From positions 1 to 64,000 of IMG/VR virus record IMGVR_UViG_3300020213_000027: DNA of 64,000 nt; one strand, written 5' to 3'. The position numbers and the translations under genes were made by a program. Shown piece after piece: positions 28,509 to 36,769 of the stretch (within the stretch, counting starts at the first letter, position 1; the number at the start of each line of letters is the position of its first letter). The notes beneath the pieces are model-generated. The model ran no database searches, was not told where the DNA came from, and worked only from the letters and a program-made list of their open reading frames with translations. This stretch comes from a virus.

Positions 28509-28690
28509 ATGACAAATTTACGGGAATCATCCCACTAGATAGCCATTCTTCTGATATAAGATTTTGGGTTTATTATATTAATGGTATAGAAGTTACAAAA
28601 GAAGTATATACGATTCATATGGATGAACTTATTAAAAGATATAAGTTCAATAAAAAACTAAAGGAGATAGTCAATGAGGACGATAAATAA
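28505..28690 (+). CDS. hypothetical protein with FxxKL tag
   Basis: ends KFNKKLKEIVNE. Confidence 0.55.
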   Translation: MNDKFTGIIPLDSHSSDIRFWVYYINGIEVTKEVYTIHMDELIKRYKFNKKLKEIVNEDDK

Positions 28691-28820
28691 GGTAACTACT
28701 AGAGAATTTTGGGAAAATGAGACTGTCGTGCTTAGCGCACTCCGAAAGCTTGACCCAAATTGGGAATACATTGGCCAAATAGGGCGACTAAAATACTTTA
28801 AGCTTTATAGAGAAGAATAA
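28674..28820 (+). CDS. 48-aa hypothetical protein (not in ORF track)
   Basis: AAGGAG RBS, MRTINKV... Confidence 0.45.
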   Translation: MRTINKVTTREFWENETVVLSALRKLDPNWEYIGQIGRLKYFKLYREE

Positions 28821-28825
28821 AAAAT

Positions 28826-29035
28826 TTGAGCAGCAGCGTGGAAAGCTGTGGATAATCAGGCAAGGAAACCTTTCAAGGAAACCTTTCAATGAGTTGCCGT
28901 GAGACTCGGCCAACCTGAAATCCCACTGGAGACACGCACCTTGCCTCCGAACGGTATTCGGAAGGTTTGCACCGGGATTATATAGTTCGACTCCTATACG
29001 TGTGCATCAGTAGGATTAGCACCCTACCTGCTCAA
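28826..29035 (+). ncRNA. tRNA-shaped structured RNA, copy A (unknown family)
   Basis: TTGAGCAG/CTGCTCAA closing stem, GCGTG/CACGC, GTAGG/CCTAC arm; same architecture as copy B. Confidence 0.7.
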
Positions 29036-29043
29036 TACTTTCT

Positions 29044-29316
29044 CTAAGTACTCAATTTCTCATAACAACTAGGACTACACACACGTTGTCTATGTGCCTT
29101 CTTTGGAACCTCAAGATCACAAACCTCACACCTAGTGTTACCCAAAGGCTTCTTCCCTGACTTCTTCTTAACATATGCGGAGAAGCAACTATAGCAGCAC
29201 CTTCCATGCCATATGTTGCCAGCATCATCTTTATAAATAGATCTACTTTGAGTATTCAAAGTGAAATATTCAAATATCTTCTCTTCTTTACAAACTTTAC
29301 AAATTCTTTTATCCAT
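29044..29316 (-). CDS. Cys-rich Zn-finger protein, inverted between the two ncRNAs
   Basis: CKVC, CCYSC, CEVC, CSPSC; has its own AATTAACAAG motif. Confidence 0.65.
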   Translation of the reverse strand: MDKRICKVCKEEKIFEYFTLNTQSRSIYKDDAGNIWHGRCCYSCFSAYVKKKSGKKPLGNTRCEVCDLEVPKKAHRQRVCSPSCYEKLST

Positions 29317-29370
29317 AAGTGTCGCTTTCGTAAACTCAAGCTTCTCAGTCGCTGAGCTCCTTCTATTACC

Positions 29371-29380
29371 CTTGTTAATT
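29371..29380 (-). promoter_or_regulatory. AATTAACAAG motif, copy 7
   Basis: exact 10-mer about 55 bp upstream of 29316. Confidence 0.55.
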
Positions 29381-29403
29381 CCTACAATGCCCTACGATTA
29401 CGA

Positions 29404-29432
29404 TTTACAACGCAAGGCAATCATAGTATAAT
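29404..29432 (+). promoter_or_regulatory. sigma70-like promoter of ncRNA copy B
   Basis: TTTACA-17 nt-TATAAT; predicted +1 near 29439 coincides with the RNA 5' end. Confidence 0.65.
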
Positions 29433-29439
29433 AGAAGAC

Positions 29440-29593
29440 AGAAGAGAGGCGTGGAAATGCTGTGGGGTGGATAGGAAAGGCCTAGAGAGTGCGACTACCG
29501 GCACAGAAACCCACTGGAGACACGCAAAGGGTTGTTGAGCCCTTGATTACATTCAACACCGTAATCTAGTAGGAGTAGCGCCCTACCTCTTCT
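29440..29593 (+). ncRNA. tRNA-shaped structured RNA, copy B (unknown family)
   Basis: AGAAGAG/CTCTTCT closing stem, GCGTG/CACGC, GTGGG/CCCAC, GTAGG/CCTAC; followed by a T-run. Confidence 0.7.
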
Positions 29594-29772
29594 ATTTTTT
29601 AGGAATGTATACTATAGTGATCATTAGAGGATCTTATGGTAAGCAGAGTTAACAAAAGGATACCTATGAAGTTAATAAAGATATTCTATAATACATACTT
29701 AGCCAAACCTCAGTTTGAATCTTCTCGCATGCAAGCTATCAGAAAAATCTATAAAATCCTAATGAGTAATAA

Positions 29773-29958
29773 ATGAAGTTTGCTGTAGGAGATATAATCT
29801 GTGCTGAGCATGCAAATGTTTGTTTTTATGTCTTTATAATATCTCCACCTTATTATGGACTTAATAACAATTATGGAACTATCTATGAAGAAATAACTCT
29901 TGTAGATGATCAGTCAATCTTATATAGTAAGATATTTAGAAGATCTAATGAAAGCTAA
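29773..29958 (+). CDS. small protein of the GD[IL][IV]...[ST]xxFR family
   Basis: KFAVGDII ... LYSKIFR. Confidence 0.6.
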   Translation: MKFAVGDIICAEHANVCFYVFIISPPYYGLNNNYGTIYEEITLVDDQSILYSKIFRRSNES

Positions 29959-30136
29959 ATTCAAAGTGGGAGACATAATTTATCATGCAAGGACCAACGC
30001 TATTTTATATGTTTATCTCACAGATTATAATCATTATGGACTTTGCAACGGTTGGGGTCCATTTTTTGAGTGGATGATTATTGTGGATAAAGAATCAACT
30101 CTGCATAGTGAGGCCTTTAGGAATGAAAACAAGTAA
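29906..30136 (+). CDS. small protein of the GD[IL][IV]...[ST]xxFR family
   Basis: KFKVGDII ... LHSEAFR; start likely at MKAKF. Confidence 0.6.
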   Translation: MISQSYIVRYLEDLMKAKFKVGDIIYHARTNAILYVYLTDYNHYGLCNGWGPFFEWMIIVDKESTLHSEAFRNENK

Positions 30137-30320
30137 GTTAATAAAGCTAATTATGGACATCCTTAAAACAACACAGATTACAACGCATTCAAAGAAGAGA
30201 CTATTATCTAGACTTCAGGATCTTGCTCCCCTGCCCCCAGAACTATCTAGGAAGGCCAGAGAAGTGCTTGAGAAGAGAAAACAAAAGGTAGAGCAGACTC
30301 CTAAAAGGAAAATGAAATGA
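30081..30320 (+). CDS. hypothetical basic protein
   Basis: ORF in operon. Confidence 0.45.
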   Translation: MWIKNQLCIVRPLGMKTSKLIKLIMDILKTTQITTHSKKRLLSRLQDLAPLPPELSRKAREVLEKRKQKVEQTPKRKMK

Positions 30321-30592
30321 GTGACATATTAAAACAAGTTGACGAAAGAATTGTCATACATAAGAAAACAATGGTAGAATGTGAACAAAAGATTGAAAGA
30401 CTCCTAGAGATTAGAACTCTATTATTAAATGTGTCTCCAACTACCTATGTGATATTTGATAAAATTAGCAACTTCGCTGCTTCAAAGCAATATGTTAGTG
30501 TGGAAGAACTTACCAATGCTCTAATTAGTATAGATAAGGATATTAAGTCAGTACAATTTACAACAAAGCTAGAGAAAGAAATAGAGTCATAG
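30317..30592 (+). CDS. hypothetical protein with FxxKL tag
   Basis: ends QFTTKLEKEIES. Confidence 0.55.
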   Translation: MSDILKQVDERIVIHKKTMVECEQKIERLLEIRTLLLNVSPTTYVIFDKISNFAASKQYVSVEELTNALISIDKDIKSVQFTTKLEKEIES

Positions 30593-30593
30593 A

Positions 30594-30818
30594 ATGAAGC
30601 CTATGTTATTAGAAATCTACAAAGGTTACCACATATATTGGGACATCTGCGTTATATATTGGGACATCTGCGTTGAAAGGAATAAGGCCTATTTTATGGA
30701 GAAGAAAATAGTTCATATACCATCTACTGATACTAGCAATATTAAACTAATCATAAATGCTTGGGAGAAACCTAAGGAATTCCAAGATAAACTAGAGAAG
30801 TTAATAAATGAAACCTAA
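30594..30818 (+). CDS. hypothetical protein with FxxKL tag
   Basis: ends EFQDKLEKLINET. Confidence 0.55.
   Translation: MKPMLLEIYKGYHIYWDICVIYWDICVERNKAYFMEKKIVHIPSTDTSNIKLIINAWEKPKEFQDKLEKLINET
30633..30674 (+). repeat. perfect 21-bp tandem duplication (IYWDICV x2)
   Basis: ATATATTGGGACATCTGCGTT twice. Confidence 0.9.
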
Positions 30819-31005
30819 ATTTGAAGTGGGAGAAATAGTATTGAATAACTTAACTCAACAACTATGGTTTATAGAGTTTGTGAGTAGCTCTTTTTATACA
30901 ATAAGAGGATTAGCTCATTCCAGAGGTTTCCTAGAAGTTAATTACTCATCCCATTCTAAAGCTTTTAATAAGGTTCGTTTCCTAGCTGATGCATATGAAG
31001 TTTAA
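30808..31005 (+). CDS. small KF.VG[DE] family protein
   Basis: MKPKFEVGEIV. Confidence 0.55.
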   Translation: MKPKFEVGEIVLNNLTQQLWFIEFVSSSFYTIRGLAHSRGFLEVNYSSHSKAFNKVRFLADAYEV

Positions 31006-31201
31006 AATAGGAGACTTAATAATATTCAAAAGTCTACCTTATCCTAATACTATTAGATTCGTTGCTTCCATATTCATATCAGAAACCGAGACTGAATACG
31101 GCTTAGTTGCACCATACACAAGTACTAATGACTTAGTTGCAATGGTTGATTGTATTTTTGTAGATAATAACTATGAATTGTATTCTTCTGCTTTTAGTTA
31201 G
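30989..31201 (+). CDS. small protein of the GD[IL][IV]...[ST]xxF family
   Basis: KFKIGDLI ... LYSSAFS. Confidence 0.55.
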   Translation: MHMKFKIGDLIIFKSLPYPNTIRFVASIFISETETEYGLVAPYTSTNDLVAMVDCIFVDNNYELYSSAFS

Positions 31202-31829
31202 GAAATCACTGTTTACAACGCTAATAAGACTTGTGTGTGTGCAGATGTATATAAAGAGTGCAGTCAGCTCTGAGTCATCATACCCCCCTACCTTAGGCCT
31301 GCCTTTCTCTAATGAATTCAATAGGATGCACTAGCTACCCTTAGGATACATTCATGAAACAAAATGCTATTATGTTTCATCTTGGTTAGCTTGTGAATGA
31401 ATAGAAGTGCAATAAGTATGTGATGTTATTCAGGATTATGTGCATCAGTGAATGATAAATTGTATGGTCCTCTCAAGGTGGACTTAATAATTTTTTACTA
31501 ATCCAGATTGAACTTTATAAGTTATACTCTCTACATCAATCTTGAACTTATTAACTTGTATTAAGTTCAGCTTGTGTTATACCTTATAAGTATGATCACT
31601 TTATATATCGTTATCTGTTTCTTAGTAGGATTAGTTGTGAATGAAGGAGATCTTCTTCTAGCAGCATTATCACCATTGACTCTTCCAATGGCTATCCTTT
31701 ATAAGATATTCAACTAACAAGACGCAAGTATAGCTTATCTGTATAAAATGAGATACAGATGACTTCCTAGGTAAGTTACTTTAAGATTCACTTAGATAGT
31801 TGTGTTCATTTAAGAACCTATTGTCCCTG

Positions 31830-32045
31830 GAGACTAGTAATGCTCTACCCATTACTAATCATTAACTGGCCTTCCGCTTAACCCTTAAGAGTTAAGTGCT
31901 ATTTTCGCAGCTCTGTCCCATCTATTCTTAATTAAGCTTTAGAACCTGCTTAATAAGGTGTTTGCCCAACACTGTGTCACCTTAGTGGTTTGACACTTTT
32001 CATTAGATGATGGATTTTTTAACGATCCAGTTAATTCCAATGCTC
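31830..32045 (-). ncRNA. candidate structured ncRNA downstream of an AATTAACAAG motif
   Basis: ATTAACTGG/CCAGTTAAT closing helix with nested hairpins; G-U wobbles form only on the minus strand; no ORF in the track. Confidence 0.5.
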
Positions 32046-32053
32046 TATACATA

Positions 32054-32063
32054 CTTGTTAATT
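32054..32063 (-). promoter_or_regulatory. AATTAACAAG motif, copy 8
   Basis: exact 10-mer pointing into an ORF-free structured region. Confidence 0.55.
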
Positions 32064-32182
32064 TATCGTCTTTTCTATTCAAAAATAGTTGAACATGTAT
32101 ATCCTATAGTCAAAGCATAGTTCTTATACAGTTTGTTGTAGTTGACACACTTAATAACTACTACTCAATTACCATTCATTCC

Positions 32183-32199
32183 TTGGCACGTGCTATGCA
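32183..32199 (+). promoter_or_regulatory. sigma54-type promoter candidate
   Basis: TTGGCACG-TGCT-ATGCA, GG-N10-GC spacing; GGAG RBS and ATG (32232) downstream. Confidence 0.5.
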
Positions 32200-32331
32200 T
32201 TTATATAGCAACAGACGGAGTGAAACGACATATGAGACTACTTATTAAACTAGGAATACATGGCAAGAGACACAAGATTAGAATCCAAAGGCTACTCAAT
32301 TGGATGCATGACAACGGATTAGGAGCATAGT

Positions 32332-32826
32332 ATGTTTAAACTAGCTATCTTAATATCCTTAATTATAATCAAGCCAACCATGGCCGAAGTAAAGATTACC
32401 CCTAAACATGTAGCAGTCATTCAAGCTATAGTGAATGCTGCAGACGTAGCAGAAGTGCCACGTGAGCTCATGCTAGCCATATGTTGGAATGAGTCAAGCT
32501 TTAGGACTAGTAAACGCATCTCTAGAATGGATGGCAGTAGTGTTTCTTATGGTATTTGTCAAGTAAAGTTGATCACTGCACTCTATATGGACAAGGTCTA
32601 TAAGCATAAACATGTTGCCACATCGTCCAGATTGAACCAGGTTGATATAAATGCCTTCTATGCGGCCAAGGTCCTTAAGTTTCAATTGAAGCGCTACAAA
32701 GGCAACTGGAAGAGAGCTATTGATGCTTATAACAAAGGCCATGCCGTATCAAGTAAGAGTGTGTATGTGAATAGAGTGATGGACCATTATAAGAGTTTTA
32801 AAGTCTTGACTAAAGTACATAACTAA
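32332..32826 (+). CDS. lytic transglycosylase (SLT domain) with signal peptide
   Basis: AICWNESSF, SYGICQV, AIDAYNKG. Confidence 0.85.
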   Translation: MFKLAILISLIIIKPTMAEVKITPKHVAVIQAIVNAADVAEVPRELMLAICWNESSFRTSKRISRMDGSSVSYGICQVKLITALYMDKVYKHKHVATSSRLNQVDINAFYAAKVLKFQLKRYKGNWKRAIDAYNKGHAVSSKSVYVNRVMDHYKSFKVLTKVHN

Positions 32827-32995
32827 GTAATTATTAAGTAGAGGAGAACATATGAGAACGAATAAATTGAATAATTCAGATGAGGCTAATCATGAATAAA
32901 AAAGAACGAGAGGAAGTTAAAACAATGCTTATAGTTTATAGTCTACTTCTCATGAGTATTATAACTAACTTTTTATTTAAAATCTACGGATAGGA

Positions 32996-33199
32996 GTGCA
33001 CATGAAACGAACTGAATTAGAATCCTTTTTAAAAGAACATGGCTACTACTTCTCTAGAGATAGTAAACACTGTTTATATACGAATGGTATAATCACTGTA
33101 GCGGTACCGCATCATAGAGAAGTTAATAAGTTTCTAGCCAAGAAGATAATGAAGACCGTGCTAGAAAATAATAACTATCACATGAGGATAGCAGCATGA
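32996..33199 (+). CDS. hicA: HicA-like mRNA interferase
   Basis: L..HGY...R.SKH.......VAVPHH.EV...LAKKI dsRBD-like HicA pattern. Confidence 0.7.
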   Translation: MHMKRTELESFLKEHGYYFSRDSKHCLYTNGIITVAVPHHREVNKFLAKKIMKTVLENNNYHMRIAA

Positions 33200-33411
33200 T
33201 GATTTATAAAGTATGGACAGTATATGAGAATGAAAGTAAACAAGGCGTAAAGTATATTACTTTCAAATACTATGTGATCAATACAACTACTAGTTCATTT
33301 CAATCTAGTTGGCCTACATTGAATGAAGCGGGAATAGTATGTAGAGATCTCAATGCGCTTATACGTAAACAAGCTTTTATCGAACGATCTCATAAAAGGA
33401 TAGAAATATGA
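33196..33411 (+). CDS. hypothetical protein
   Basis: ORF in operon. Confidence 0.5.
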   Translation: MMIYKVWTVYENESKQGVKYITFKYYVINTTTSSFQSSWPTLNEAGIVCRDLNALIRKQAFIERSHKRIEI

Positions 33412-33620
33412 AAGTTGAATCGATTGGGTCTAGTTCTGGAATTGAATTAGATAATACTAAAACCATTGAATATATAAAGAATCAATTACAAGGACTAGCC
33501 GATAAACAAAACATTAGTGTTGATCAGTTGCTCGAGGACGTCTCTAGTTTAAATAGTTCTAATCCATCTAAAGAACGCATACTAAATTTAAAACGAAGAT
33601 TGGAGGTTCTATCTAAATGA
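33408..33620 (+). CDS. hypothetical protein (possible RHH-like helix pair)
   Basis: LQGLADKQNISVDQLL. Confidence 0.45.
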   Translation: MKVESIGSSSGIELDNTKTIEYIKNQLQGLADKQNISVDQLLEDVSSLNSSNPSKERILNLKRRLEVLSK

Positions 33621-33976
33621 ATATACTTAAATGGCCATCTAAAATCATACTACTTAGTATTATACTAGTTAATTGTGGTGAGTCTGTAGATAGTAGAGAT
33701 ATTAATTGTATAGGTACTTCAGGAAACACTTTACGTTGTAGTACTGGAAGTTGTTCTAAAGTTGGAGGAGTGGGTTGTAGTGCAAAAGTTGATGGTGTAG
33801 CTTGCTGCAATACTACCATAACAAACGATGGTACTAATAAGTGTTCTCTTGGATATTGTTGGACCCGTGAAAATATATGTTGTGCTCGAAGTACTCCCTA
33901 TCCTTGCAAGGGATATTGTTATGCAACTAATGTATGTAACTACACAAGTCTAACTACAGCTTGTCATGATTGGTAA
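33617..33976 (+). CDS. Cys-rich putative lipoprotein
   Basis: hydrophobic leader + LVNC, many Cys. Confidence 0.55.
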   Translation: MNILKWPSKIILLSIILVNCGESVDSRDINCIGTSGNTLRCSTGSCSKVGGVGCSAKVDGVACCNTTITNDGTNKCSLGYCWTRENICCARSTPYPCKGYCYATNVCNYTSLTTACHDW

Positions 33977-34393
33977 TATATAAAGGATTGATGAATATGC
34001 TAAATACTCTATGTGAAATGTGTGGAATTCAACTGAAACGATTACTAGAGAATCTTATGACTTACTATGCTCATCTTTCTTTCTTTTAACGCAATTTTTC
34101 TTTCTTTCTCAGGAATATGAATGCAATATTCGTACCAATCTATCAATATCTTATTGCTTGTATTTTTTTGTTATTTAAACCAAGCCAAAAGTATTATTTG
34201 GCAAAAATACACTTGTAACCATTTATTTTACAAAACGCTTTCTCGTATTTGACTCGAACGCTTTACAGTATGTAAATCTTAGTGTTCACTAAAGTGAATC
34301 AAAGTATATTCTATATTTATCATATTTTGATCCAGAAGTAAATAGAAAAGAATAAGGCTTGCTTTTTATTTAATAAGGAGTTAATATTTATAT

Positions 34394-34828
34394 ATGAGCA
34401 TTAAATTACTATCAAGTCTAATATTTCTTTTAGCAGGATGTGGACAAAGCATTAATACTTCATATCAAGATCCTAATGTTATGCTTCAAGTTCTTAAATT
34501 TGAAGGCTACTATAAAGTTAGCACTAAAGAAATTGAGATTGTATTCACAAATAGTTTAGATCACATACACGTAAAGAATTCAATAGGTGTATGTTTTTAT
34601 GGACCAAGAAGAATAGAACTATTGAAACCTTTTTGGGACATAGCTAGTGAAAAAGTTAGAGAGGCTTTAGTGTTTCATGAATTAGGACATTGTCTATTAA
34701 ATCTTGAGCATAGGAATGAAAACTATGCAGATGGGTGTGCTAAATCATTCATGAGATCTGAAACTTCAAATAGAGAAGAATGTTATGACAAGCATTATGA
34801 GGAGATGGTGAAAGAATTATGGACTTAA
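34394..34828 (+). CDS. lipoprotein with HExxH zinc-metallopeptidase motif
   Basis: LAGC lipobox; VFHELGHCLLNLEH...SFM. Confidence 0.7.
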   Translation: MSIKLLSSLIFLLAGCGQSINTSYQDPNVMLQVLKFEGYYKVSTKEIEIVFTNSLDHIHVKNSIGVCFYGPRRIELLKPFWDIASEKVREALVFHELGHCLLNLEHRNENYADGCAKSFMRSETSNREECYDKHYEEMVKELWT

Positions 34829-35061
34829 AGAAAAAATTTGCTTTGCTAATATTAATTTTGCTACCCTATTTAATGATTGCTGTTTTTATCAATGACTTCA
34901 TTAAGCATCTTGAAGGATTACAGATTAACTTTGACAATACAATGGAACATGTCTATTATTTAGGATGCATTGATACAAAATCAATAGATAAGATTCAATG
35001 CAAGATACGTGCTAAACTTGTTACATTTGAAATTAAGAGAGGATTTAATGAAAAAAATTAA
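34819..35061 (+). CDS. hypothetical membrane-anchored protein
   Basis: N-terminal TM. Confidence 0.5.
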   Translation: MDLKKKFALLILILLPYLMIAVFINDFIKHLEGLQINFDNTMEHVYYLGCIDTKSIDKIQCKIRAKLVTFEIKRGFNEKN

Positions 35062-35178
35062 TTGTGAGAAGCATGGAGAAGTGATTGCAGTTTGTACTGA
35101 TTCTATTCTTTTAAGATATAATTGTGTTGACTGTGAACAAGAGAAGAATGATAATAAAGATAAGGATGGAAACATTAT

Positions 35179-35373
35179 ATGAACTATAAGCACGATGAAG
35201 TTATTTATTTTTTTACAGAAGATTTTTCTCATAAAAATGAACACAAAATGAAAAAGTGTCCTTGTGATGATCCTGATTGTAAATTAGTAATCTTTGATAA
35301 TGGATTTAATAAAGATATTAATTTACCAGCAAATGTTCTTCAAGTAGATTTTATAAACAAAAGGAAAATTTAA
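35179..35373 (+). CDS. hypothetical protein
   Basis: ORF in operon. Confidence 0.5.
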   Translation: MNYKHDEVIYFFTEDFSHKNEHKMKKCPCDDPDCKLVIFDNGFNKDINLPANVLQVDFINKRKI

Positions 35374-35663
35374 TGATTACTTCTAAAAAACAATTATCAA
35401 TTTTACATTTAAAAAATAAAAAAGCAAAAGATTTTAGGCTTATAGCCAACAATTATAAAGAGCTAAGAACTTTTGAACAAATTTTAGAAGGAATAACTGT
35501 ATTTTCTATAATAGGTTTCAATAACATGGGAGTCACATTTCCAAAAACTTCTGATGGAATTAAAAAAGCAAATCGAATGGCTAAAAAACTACAAACATTA
35601 GATTTCTATGCTGAAGTAGATGTTAAAACTTTGTCAAAAGCTCTTTTAGAGATTCAATGGTAA
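35373..35663 (+). CDS. hypothetical protein
   Basis: ORF in operon. Confidence 0.5.
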   Translation: MITSKKQLSILHLKNKKAKDFRLIANNYKELRTFEQILEGITVFSIIGFNNMGVTFPKTSDGIKKANRMAKKLQTLDFYAEVDVKTLSKALLEIQW

Positions 35664-36040
35664 ATATGAAATTTAAATGTAGAACTTGTTTCAAATTTAG
35701 AGATAGAATACGTAATGGAAACATGTTTGTTAATAAAAAGAATAAAAAATGGAAGAGTTTACAATGTCCAGATTGTATAGCATCAAATAATTCTAAAATA
35801 GCTAAAGAGGCGAGACTTAAAGCGAAACTAGAAGAAGAACTGGAAGAGGCTATGTATGGATCTTTAAATATGTTTCATGATCACAGGACTTGTAGGAATT
35901 GTAAAAATAAGCTAGAGACAAGCAGATGGTGGTATTGTTCTCTTTGTAAACCCTTCACTGTTAGTGATGCTTGGGATGATTATATTTATACAAATTCTAT
36001 TGATAATCTATCTGAAATGAACTATTTTACGAGCATATGA
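35657..36040 (+). CDS. Zn-finger protein, related to 29044..29316
   Basis: CRTC...KWKSLQCPDC; CRNC...CSLC. Confidence 0.55.
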   Translation: MVNMKFKCRTCFKFRDRIRNGNMFVNKKNKKWKSLQCPDCIASNNSKIAKEARLKAKLEEELEEAMYGSLNMFHDHRTCRNCKNKLETSRWWYCSLCKPFTVSDAWDDYIYTNSIDNLSEMNYFTSI

Positions 36041-36052
36041 AAAGGATTAAAA

Positions 36053-36769
36053 ATGCTTAAAGAAGAAATAAAACTTTATAAAGATAATCAAGGATACGTA
36101 AATCCCTATTTAGTTAATACAAGTCAAGGACGTCAATCTGATAATGGAACAATGTTTTCTTCTGAATATTATATCATGCTATCTAAAAGACAAGAAGACA
36201 CTGAAAGGGATGCTGATGAGTGGGAGGTTTTAATTGCTAAGTGTATGCCTATTCCTGGTCTTACTGTACGTTATCCTGGTGATATTGCTATAGATGCTCC
36301 AGATAACATTTATGCCATACTAGCAGCTTCTAAAGTATTAAATAGGCCTCATGTTGCAAAATCTATGCTAGATTATGGATTTAAACATAGAGGATATTAT
36401 AATATTGAAACTCCAACTTGGAATTGGGCTGGACTTCAATGGAGACAGCTCCAAATGATATTTGCAATGCTTTGTGCTTCAAATACTTATAAATGGTGGA
36501 AGTTTTGGTATTGGCCTTTGGAACTATATTCAGCATTAGCTATTGCTATTTCTTGTATGAACACTCCTACTTATGAAACTGACCCAAGACGATTGAATTG
36601 GCTATTTATTCAATCCGTAAAAGAAGATTCTTTGCTTTGTCGATTAGCTGCTAAAGTATGGTTTAAACGACTAAAAAAAGATTATGATGTAACAGAAAAT
36701 GCAATGAGAGTAGTTGCAAAAACTTATTACCAAGACGATCACCCATTTGCTAAATTTTGGATGGATTAA
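36053..36769 (+). CDS. hypothetical protein
   Basis: 238-aa ORF with RBS. Confidence 0.65.
   Translation: MLKEEIKLYKDNQGYVNPYLVNTSQGRQSDNGTMFSSEYYIMLSKRQEDTERDADEWEVLIAKCMPIPGLTVRYPGDIAIDAPDNIYAILAASKVLNRPHVAKSMLDYGFKHRGYYNIETPTWNWAGLQWRQLQMIFAMLCASNTYKWWKFWYWPLELYSALAIAISCMNTPTYETDPRRLNWLFIQSVKEDSLLCRLAAKVWFKRLKKDYDVTENAMRVVAKTYYQDDHPFAKFWMD

Noticed and set aside
28826-29593. Calling the two RNAs canonical tRNAs, tmRNA or terminal repeats of a mobile element
   Set aside because: There is no canonical anticodon arm, CCA or tag ORF; identity is limited to short structural blocks; no transposase or integrase is nearby.
31200-31830. Genome terminus or pac site in the low-coding stretch (C-run near 31283)
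   Set aside because: Only suggestive composition; it cannot be supported without read data.
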